Positions 54,417-64,000 of a stretch of DNA of 64,000 nt are shown here, piece by piece. Source of the DNA: Octopus vulgaris (lineage: Eukaryota); contig OX597833.1 of the NCBI GenBank assembly GCA_951406725.2, forward strand, positions 3,782,001-3,846,000, read 5' to 3'. How positions within the stretch are numbered: the stretch's first letter is position 1; each line of letters opens with the position of its first letter. A program made the position numbers and the translations under genes. A model generated the notes under the pieces. It was not told the DNA's origin and made no database searches. It was given only the letters and a program-made list of their open reading frames with translations.

Positions 54417-54515
<99 letters not shown>

Positions 54516-54752
54516 TGTGTGTGTGTGTGTGTGAGTTTATATGTGTGTGTGTCTGTTTGTCCCCCCCCCCGAATCGCTTGACAACCGACGCTGGTGTGTT
54601 TACGTCCCCGTAACTTAGCGGTTCGGCAAAAGAGACCGATAGAATAAGTACCAGGCTTACAAAGAATAAGCTCTGGGGTCGATTTGCTCGACTATAAAGG
54701 CGGTGCTCCAGTATGGCCGCAGTCAAATGACTGAAACAAGTAAAAGAGTAAG

Positions 54753-54805
<53 letters not shown>

Positions 54806-55189
54806 GTATTCCTTATTTCCTCTTTAATGAACGCAGGGCTCGGTTCGTTCTCTGCTAGGTCCAGAATCAAGGAAACAGTAATTATAAATGACATTTATTA
54901 ATGATCTTAATCGATGGTTTAGATGTTGCAAGAATTGGTGCCGTTAATTGTTGGAACTGGTGTTTTTATTGCAGTGCAGTTGATCTTAAATGTTGCAGTT
55001 GTTATTGGTGTTGCTGTTCTTGCTGCTGTTGGTTGTAGTTATTGTTAGTCTTATTGTTGTCGTTGTGGTTGTTATTGCTGTTATTTTATTTAGTTAGATT
55101 TAGGTGCTATTAAGTATTTTTTTCTATTAGATATAGCAAAAATTTACTAATGAGTCCTTTGTATGCTAATCAGAATATAATTATTTTGG

Positions 55190-57700
55190 TTTTGGGACAC
55201 CTTTGATATACTCGCCAAAACGCAAAGAAACCACCGGTATGAGAAACGCCAACGCTTCTTTGAACAAAACAAGCACTTCTACTCTAACCCCAAAAGATTC
55301 TACCACGAACTTGGTAAAAACAAAATAGAGACCAATACAGCACCAACAGCAGAAGAAGTGTAAGAATTTTTGAAAGAAATATGGTCGGCGAAGGAACAAC
55401 CTCGAAAAGATCTATCAAAGCATCAACACAGCACCTGAACAACTCTGGACCCCTATAACAACTGAAGAGGTCAACCAGGCACTGCAAAAACTAAGCAACT
55501 GGAAGGCACCCGGGCACGACAAGATCCCCAACTTCTGGTTAAGATACTTAATAGGAACACATAAAAAGTTGGCTGAGAAATTTAATGAAATACCAGTAGA
55601 GTCAGAGACAATGCCTGAATGGCTCATAGAAAGGAAAACTATCCTAATTCCCAAATCCACTGAAATGGCAATCCTACAAAATTACAGATCGATAACTTGT
55701 CTTCCTACAATTTACAAAACTTTAACTGCAATAATATCGCAGAATATCAGCAAGCATCCGGACGAAAACAACCTTTTTTCCAGAAGAGCAGAAGGGATGC
55801 TGCAAGGCCTCATACGGTTGTAAAGATCAGCTACTGATCATTAAAGCCATAACTGAAGGCAGTCGTAGAAAAAACGAAGGGTCTAAGTATAGCTTGGATT
55901 GATTACCGAACTATGGAAGGTGGTTGAGGCCTTATACAGCTAGAAAACTATTATAAAATAACCACCATAGGACTACAGAAATACCTACTTCAGAAGCAAG
56001 GAAAAATAATACGAATAGCCACAAAACACGAACAAAACAGAAAACCTGTTTTCAGTTTTTTAAGGAAGCCGACAAATAACAACTATGAAGAAAAAGAAGA
56101 AACAACAAAACCTGTAAAGCAACCGAAATCCAAACTAAAACTGGGAAGCAACAGACCATGATAAAACGATGGCCAGAAAATCCCCTTCATGGAAAATACT
56201 GGGTTTAGCTAAACAGAATATAAATAGACAAAGCAAAATCCCAACAATGGCTGAGAAGCTCAGGACTCAAAGCAGAGACTGAAGGATTTCAGATCAAAGC
56301 CTTCTCACCAGAAATTACCAAAAACCTGCAATGAAAAGAAATACAAGTAATATACAGAATAGGCGCAGGTGTGGCTGTGTGGTAAGTAGCTTGTTTACCA
56401 ACCACATGGTTCCGGGTTCAGTCCCACTGCGTGGCACTTTGGGCAAGTGTCTTCTACTATAGCCTCGGGCTGACCAATGCCTTGTGAGTAGATTTGGTAG
56501 ACGGAAACTGAAAGAAGCCCGTCGTATATATGTATATGCATATATGTATGTGTGTTTGTGTTTGTGTGTCTGTGTTTGTCCCCCTAGCATTGCTTGACAA
56601 CCGATGCTGGTGTGTTTATGTCCCCGTTACTTAGCGGTTCGGCAAAAGAGACCGATAGAATAAGTACTGGGCTTACAAAAGAATAAGTCCCGGGGTCGAG
56701 TTGCTCGATTAAAGGCGGTGCTCCAGCATGGCCACAGTCAAATGACTGAAACAAGTAAAAGAGTAAAAGAGTAAAAGAGTAAAGAGTAATATACGGAGAT
56801 GGAGAAGAAGTAATAAATCATATTGTCTCTGGTTGCCCAGTCCTGGCTAAGAAGGAATATATTCACTGATACCACAGATTTGGGACCTATATACACAGGG
56901 AGCTATGCCAAGGCACACGCCAGAACAGGTTACAGAAAATCAGAAACAAGCATACTGTGGGATATGCCAACACACATAGATAGAGAAATTAAGGCCAATA
57001 GGTCGGATATAAATTCCATAAGCCGCTGACTTGCAATAAGATGCACCACCCAAAGGCAGATGCCGATCGTCTTTACCTACCCAGAGCTCAAGGAGGTTGA
57101 GGCTTGATCCAATTTGAAATCTCCTACAAAACCATCTCAATTGGACCGGCGAAATATCTTGAAACATCTAACGACTGGATGCTAAAGCTCGTTGAAAACC
57201 ATGACAGACGAAAGAAACTTCATTCTGCTATGCAAGAGAGCAAAAAATTTTCAAGTGAGTTTATGTATAATACCCGGGTTGAACAGTATGAGGGAAGTGC
57301 AACAACTGTAGTTGCAAAGAAGGTGAAACCAACAGCAAAGCAAAATCCTCTTCATGGAAAATACTGGGTTAAACTAAACAGTTGTTATAGGGGTCCAATT
57401 GGATGATAGGTGGGAACAAAAACCTCTTCATGGCAAATATGTGTCCTGTAGCAAAGGAGCTGATGTAGACCAGAAGGACACCCCTCAGTGGCTACAGAGA
57501 TCAGGGCTGAAGGCGGAGAGGGAAGACTTTATCTTGGCTGGTCACTTGGAATGATCAAAAAAGGAACTGAAAACTATTTAAGAACGATCCCTGGCTTACC
57601 ATCCATGGCCTACCCATTTATACAGTACGTTTCTCTGCCCTGGGTATCAGGAAGACATTCGACAAGAAGTGGAAACAAAATTGAAAGAAGATGCTAATGA
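55190..57700 (+). mobile_element. Mosaic of degenerate Dong/R4 LINE fragments, interrupted by SINE A (56362-56787), ending in (AAT)n
   Basis: NWKAPGHDKIPNFW, TILIPK, NYRSITCLPTIYK, EQKGC, AWIDY, LHGKY, LKAETEGF, zinc-knuckle remnant NHIVSGCP, WDMPTHIDREIKANR. Confidence 0.85.
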
Positions 57701-57701
57701 A

Positions 57702-57748
<47 letters not shown>

Positions 57749-57848
57749 TAATAACAATAATAACAATAATAACAATAGTAATAATAATAGCAACAACAAC
57801 AACAACAATAATAATAATAACAATAATAACAATAATAACAATAATAAC

Positions 57849-57907
<59 letters not shown>

Positions 57908-57923
57908 CAACAACAACAACAAC

Positions 57924-57972
<49 letters not shown>

Positions 57973-58509
57973 GGGGAGCATCATAGCCATGTGTTGAAAG
58001 GGATTCTTTGGGGTTTGAATAATTCACCTATGGAAACATGGGTGCTTCGTTCAACATCCTTAAACAACCCTTATTCAGGGACATTTTGAGCGGGATGGGT
58101 TACTCGACCAGAAGAAAATTCTGACTGGGCCCCACCTGCAAGGTCATGCGCTGTTTATCTTGATATGAAATCACCATGTCGTGCACATATGGTTGTGATG
58201 CATGTGCCTAGTGTACCCTTATCAGATGGGTAGTCATGATGGGTATACTGGGCTTTGTATATTTTACCCCAGTGTCACTTTGATGACATGCACTGCTCTC
58301 TCACTCAATAATAATAATAATAATAATAATAATTTGTTTCTTTATTACCCACAAGGGGCTAAACACACTGACGGGACAAACAAGGACAGACAAACGGAAG
58401 TTTGTTTCTTGGACCAGGCAACATGCTGTTACCTTGAGCAAGGTTCTTCATTTCACGATGGTCATATCTACTCAGATGAAAATGAGCACCAGTTGGGCAC
58501 TGATGCACA

Positions 58510-58564
<55 letters not shown>

Positions 58565-59158
58565 TTCGATTATCTCATCTTCGATGTTCCTCTGGGTCAT
58601 GGGTAGTAGGACAGCCAAAAGAGTACCTAAGTCTTCTTGTTTCTTTACTACCCACAAGGGGCTAAACACAGGGGAAACAAACAAGGACAGACAAACGGAT
58701 TAAGTCGATTAGATCGACCCCAGTGCGTAACTGGTACTTAATTTATCGACCCCGAAAGGATGAAAGGCAATAATATGTGATAAGGGCGATTGATGAAGGA
58801 ATTAAATAAAAAAAAAAACAAAAAACTGCAGAGCAGAAAAATTATGGAAAATAGAAAAATTAAATAATTTATATAACAGATGGGAAGCGATATCAATGCG
58901 GCGCCACACGAATGGTAAGACACCACAGCAACAAATATTATTTAATCCATGAGGAGAAAAGAAAAGCGAAGATCATTCGGAGTTGATAAAATCTATATTT
59001 ACTTGTGAAAATACCAACAAATCTTGCACTGAATTAAGGTCAACTTCTTCAATAACATAACAAAGTACCCAGTGTGACGAAGAATAAACAACCCAGATTT
59101 CTAATGGTATTCACTGACCTAATCTCGTAGGCCTTTTTTCTATCAAGAAAACACCATC

Positions 59159-59472
59159 AATAAACTACACGAAAACCTTTATGCTTTGTTGTTTCTTCAT
59201 CCCCCGTTCATGCTTCGGTACTCTTTATATACATACCGCATTTAATATATATATATATACCTCCATTACTTGTCGATAATTCGTTCTTTCATGTTTCACT
59301 GCTCCATTAATTTTTGCTTGGGAACTGACCACGTTGCAACCTGCCAGCGCTTAATCAATAAATAATTTACACTCAGCTTAATTTCATCTGAGTATTCCAT
59401 TTTGAGTGTACTCTGATTGTAATTTAGCACGTAAAAACCATAACTTTTAACTATATGTATATGTGTGTGTGT

Positions 59473-59551
<79 letters not shown>

Positions 59552-59834
59552 TGTGTGTATATTACGGTATACATGCATGCATATCATTTAATGTACACTG
59601 AGTTAAAATAAGACTGCATAATAGTTTCTTGCCGTTAAGACACGCTGATCGTCAGGTTATTATTGCGTACCTTGTATCTCTAAGCAAGAAACCTTTATTA
59701 AAGTCTGCCTACCTACGTGTCTTTACGGCAAGAAACTATTCGTACCTCTTATTTTAATACGCTCACTGGATGGAGCACTTTTTGTTGACCTTACCTTCAC
59801 GGAACACCAAATAGTATGCCTTTATAATGTGTGC

Positions 59835-59917
<83 letters not shown>

Positions 59918-60535
59918 AAAGAAATATACATGTAGTTAAAAGTTATGGTTTGCACGTACTAAATTATAATCGAAGTACACTTAAAATGAAGGTAAGGTCA
60001 ACAAAAAGTGCTCCATCCAGTGAGCGTATTAAAATAAGAGGTACGAATAGTTTCTTGCCGTTAAGACACGTGGGTAGGCAGGCTTTAATAAAGGTTTCTT
60101 GCTTAGAGATACAAGGTACACAATAATAACCTGACGATCAGCGTGTCTTAACGGCAAGAAACTATTACTCGGTCTTATTTTCACACAGTTTACATTAAAT
60201 GATATCGTAATATATACACACAAACACACACATATACATGTAGTTAAAAGTTATGGTTTATACGTGATACATTACAATCAATTACACTCAAAGTGGAACA
60301 CTCAAAATGAAGTGTAAAGCTGAGTGTAAATTAGTTATTGATCAAGCGCTGGCAGGTTGCAACGTGGTCAGTTCCCGAGCAAATATTAATGGGACAGTAA
60401 AACATGAAAGAACGAATTATCGACAAGTAATGGAGGTATATATATATATTAAATGCGGTATGTATATAAAGAGTACTGAAGCATAAACGGGGGGAGAAAA
60501 ACCAACAAAGTATAAAGGTTTTCGTGTTGCTTATT
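59159..60535. repeat. Long imperfect inverted repeat (arms about 59159-59799 and 59987-60535), each arm containing a 121-bp MITE
   Basis: The arms are reverse complements of each other. MITE TIR AATAGTTTCTTGCCGTTAAGACACG at 59620-59740 and 60046-60166. Confidence 0.9.
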
Positions 60536-60625
60536 CATAGATAGGTATACACATATATATTTGAATGTATGTATTTATGTATGTATATATATATATTTAT
60601 GTATGTGTATATATATATATTTATG

Positions 60626-60677
<52 letters not shown>

Positions 60678-61324
60678 TATATGAAGAAACGTCACGAGCC
60701 TTTTGGAAAACGGTTTCCTTGGACTTTCTTCAAATATATACGTATATATATATACAAAATAAGAAAATGGAGAAATACACCTTAATCAATAATCAATTAC
60801 CAGATAGTACCCAATCACATAATTTATTAAACCACTACATATGAACATCAAGGTCAAACATAATAATATAGAACAAAACAATGCACATCAATGAGTAATA
60901 TGATACAATAAGCACAATATGTATAAGTGAATATAAATAAATTTAAATATAAATATAAAATACATCTTACAGCTGTTTCAGCCATGCAGATATGGGTATC
61001 TCATTATGCTCATATTATCCAGGTGTGATATATATATGATTATTATTTGAGGGAATAAAATCCAAACTTACAAGGAAAAAGAATTCAATTTAGAAATACT
61101 AAATCAAATTCCACACAATATAATATATATATAAAATATTAGGAAAAAAGACACCTTTAGAAAAACCTATTATATACATTATATTATTTTTGTACTTTAC
61201 TTCTTAATTGTTATTTTAATTTTAACTTTTCTATTATATGTAATTTTCTAGATGGTGTAATTTAATTATTCATTTTGAATTGATAAAAGGTGTGTTTTTT
61301 TCTAATATTTTATATTTAAAAAGA

Positions 61325-61643
61325 CTCCGCCGGTTACGACGACGAGGGTCCCAGCTGATACGATCAACGGAACAGCTTGCTCGTGAAATTAACGTGCAAA
61401 TGGCTGAGCATTCCACAGACACGTGTACCCTTAACGTAGTTCTCGGGGATAATCAGCGTGACACAGAGAGTGACAAGGCTGACCCTTTGAAATACAAGTA
61501 CAACTCATTTTTGCCAGCTGAGTGGACTGGAGCAACGTGAAATAAAGTGTCTTGCTCAAGGACACAACGCGTCGCCGGGAATCGAACTCACAACCTTACG
61601 ATCATGAGCCGAATGCCCTAACCACTAAGCCACGCGCCCTCAC
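61325..61643 (-). mobile_element. SINE family D (different tRNA head, CORE/V-like domain, family-C tail)
   Basis: GTGAGGGCGCGTGGCTTAGTGGTTAGG...GAGTTCGATTCCC...GTGTCCTTGAGCAAGACAC, then the tail shared with SINE C. Related heads at about 37545-37662 and 39365-39576. Confidence 0.8.
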
Positions 61644-61723
61644 AATATTTTATATATGTACATATATATAGGTGTGTGTGTGTGTATCGGTTTAATTATA
61701 TAATCATGTCATTATCATTCCAG

Positions 61724-61865
61724 GGTTTTCAAAGAACATGTTTAATTTTGGTGCCGGCAATGAACACTTGGGAAACAAAGTGGTGCTGACGTCTCCAACG
61801 GAGGCCTACGACTGCGACATCCACCAGGATGGCAACACGGAGCAGCTTATTACGTGTTATACAAG
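61724..61865 (+). CDS. PKHD1L1: Fibrocystin-L-like gene, coding exon 3
   Basis: Acceptor cattatcattccag|, donor AAG|gtacat. Encodes (G)FSKNMFNFGAGNEHLGNKVVLTSPTEAYDCDIHQDGNTEQLITCYT(R). This matches, from memory, the vertebrate PKHD1L1 N-terminal pattern GFS...FN.G..N..LGN.V.L.S.....CD...D.....ITCYTR. Confidence 0.87.
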
Positions 61866-61962
61866 GTACATGGAACATATACGCATATACACTATATATA
61901 TTCTTTTATTCTTTTAGTCTTTTATGTTTTTCAGCCAGGTGGGTGTGGTCATGCTGGAGCAC

Positions 61963-62023
<61 letters not shown>

Positions 62024-62374
62024 TAGGGAATAAATTCAAACTTACAGGGAAAAATCAGATTTAGGATTGAATCCAATTTTATAGTAAAATATTATATTAT
62101 ATTAAATTAGAGATAAAACCACTATTAGGCAAATCAAACAGTGAAAAACTTAAGCCAATACATAAGATTAAATAATTTATATTATTTTAAATATATATCA
62201 AAATTATTATATATATATATATCATCCGAAATTGCAAGGATGATCCGGTTCTTGACTGAAGATTAAAGGCTTCGAATGACCCGTCCGTGGTTTTTGTATC
62301 GTCTATTTGGATGTTTTGCGTTCTTGCCCCATTTTGTATTTTTATATATATGTGTGTGTGCGTGTGTGTGTATG

Positions 62375-62462
<88 letters not shown>

Positions 62463-62594
62463 TGTATGTATGTATGTAGAAAATTTTGCATTTTAAATAC
62501 CTTGTATGGAAAATCCTCAGTGTGTACAAAGGACAATACAAGGATTACATTATGATCCATTTGGAATACTCAGACACGCATGCGTACACACACA

Positions 62595-62830
62595 TCACCA
62601 TCATCATTGTTCGACCGTGGTCGAGACAATGAAATTTACTATGTTACGACAGACTTCACGGTCCATCATGGCATTACGGAGGCCCTGTTGCTGGATTCCT
62701 GTATCCCTGGAGATTACATCAGGGTAGGAGAGTGTGCGCCCTCTGGTATCGTGAGCAGATGGCTTCCAGAGGAGGAGAGTAGAAATTACCTCTTTTTCAG
62801 CTCTACAACAAAGTCCAGCAAACTGGACTC
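62595..62830 (-). mobile_element. RTE/RTEX-like LINE 3' remnant with (TGA)n tail
   Basis: VQFAGLCCRAEKEVISTLLLWKP....RGRTLSYPDVISRDTG....LRNAMMDREV. Confidence 0.7.
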
Positions 62831-62960
62831 ACACACACACACATAATAAACATGTCTATATATTCTGAGTATTCCAAACGCATCCTAATGTAATGTAAGA
62901 ATATATATATATATATAAATATCCTGCACAGAGAGTCGTTCATCGAAGGGCGGTGCCTAC

Positions 62961-63005
62961 CATACGTTGACGAGAGGCAAACACCTCGAAACCTGGGTCC
63001 GTATG
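62961..63005 (+). ncRNA. Type-I hammerhead motif with C3U substitution
   Basis: CATACG / TTGACGA / GAGG-CAAACA-CCTC / GAAAC-CTGG-GTC / CGTATG. Stems I and II are perfect. Confidence 0.7.
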
Positions 63006-63386
63006 TGGCTTCCGCTTCTTCGGTGGATGATCTCCCTTTGCAGGATAGAGGACGCCGTGATGGTGTCAAGCCTTTCTGGTGACGTTGATGTTCGCCTGGG
63101 GCTAAATGCAATAGTAACACCCCCACCGCCCTGCCCTGTCCCTAGCCACATTCAAATGGCTAATGTCCCTTTTGTTATACATATACTCTTTACTTGTTTC
63201 AGTCATTTGACTGCGGCCATGCTGGAGCACCACCTTTAATCGAGCAACTCGACCCCGGGACTTATTCTTTGTAAGCCCAGTACTTATTCTATCGGTCTCT
63301 TTTTGCCGAACCGCTAAGTAACAGGGACATAAACACACCAGCATCGGTTGTCAAGCAATGCTAGGGGGACAAACACAGACACACAA

Positions 63387-63429
<43 letters not shown>

Positions 63430-64000
63430 TACGACAGGCTTCTTTCAGTTTCCGTCCACCAAATCCACTCACAAGGCATTGGTCGGCCCGGGGCTATAGC
63501 AGAAGACACTTGCCCAAGATGCCACGCAGTGGGACTGAACCCGGAACCATGTGGTTGGTTAGTAAGCTACTTACCACACAGCCACTCCTGTGTGTGGTAT
63601 ATATATATATATACCACACACACACACACACACACGTAAATATGCGAGTGTGAATATGTTTGCATGTATTGGCTGTGTGGTAAGTGGCTTGCTAACCAAC
63701 CACACGGTTCCGGGTTCAGTCCCACTGCGTGGCACCTTGGGCAAGTGTCTTCTGCTATAGCCCCGGGCCGACCAATACCTTGTGAGTGGATTTGGTAGAC
63801 GGAAACTGAAAGAAGCCTGTCGTATATATGTATATATATATATGTATGTGTGTGTGTGTTTGTGTGTCTGTGTTTGTCTCCCTAGCATTGCTTGACAACC
63901 GATGCTGGTGTGTTTACGTCCCCGTCACTTAGCGGTTCGGCAAAGGAGACCGATAGAATAAGTACTGGGCTTAAAAAGAATAAGTTCCGGGGTCGATTTC

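Overview
Eukaryotic, AT- and microsatellite-rich genomic DNA, most likely from an octopus (inferred from the tRNA-derived SINE families and repeat make-up; not proven). Nearly all ORFs in the supplied track are microsatellite or SINE artefacts. Two spliced host genes can be read from the sequence. (1) On the minus strand, a small secreted protein with a signal peptide and two EF-hands: TATA box and non-coding exon 1 at about 11754-11810, coding exons 7772-7876 and 7419-7614, last exon uncertain. (2) On the plus strand, the first three coding exons of a fibrocystin-L/PKHD1L1-like gene (38224-38317, 53335-53415, 61724-61865), continuing past the window. The rest is mobile DNA. It includes an apparently intact CR1-group LINE (1-4103) whose ORF1 has poly-Q and two CCCH fingers and whose ORF1/ORF2 overlap holds two in-phase -1 slippery heptamers. 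It also includes remnants of CR1, Dong/R4, RTE and Penelope retroelements, pogo and mariner remnants, MITEs, a Helitron and four SINE families. The main non-coding signals are about a dozen type-I hammerhead ribozyme motifs with recurring core variants, mostly beside (TA)n tracts; a SINE that repeatedly joins its own family at one fixed head position; a 3' stem-loop shared by two LINEs and a SINE; and a 1.4-kb intronic foldback.
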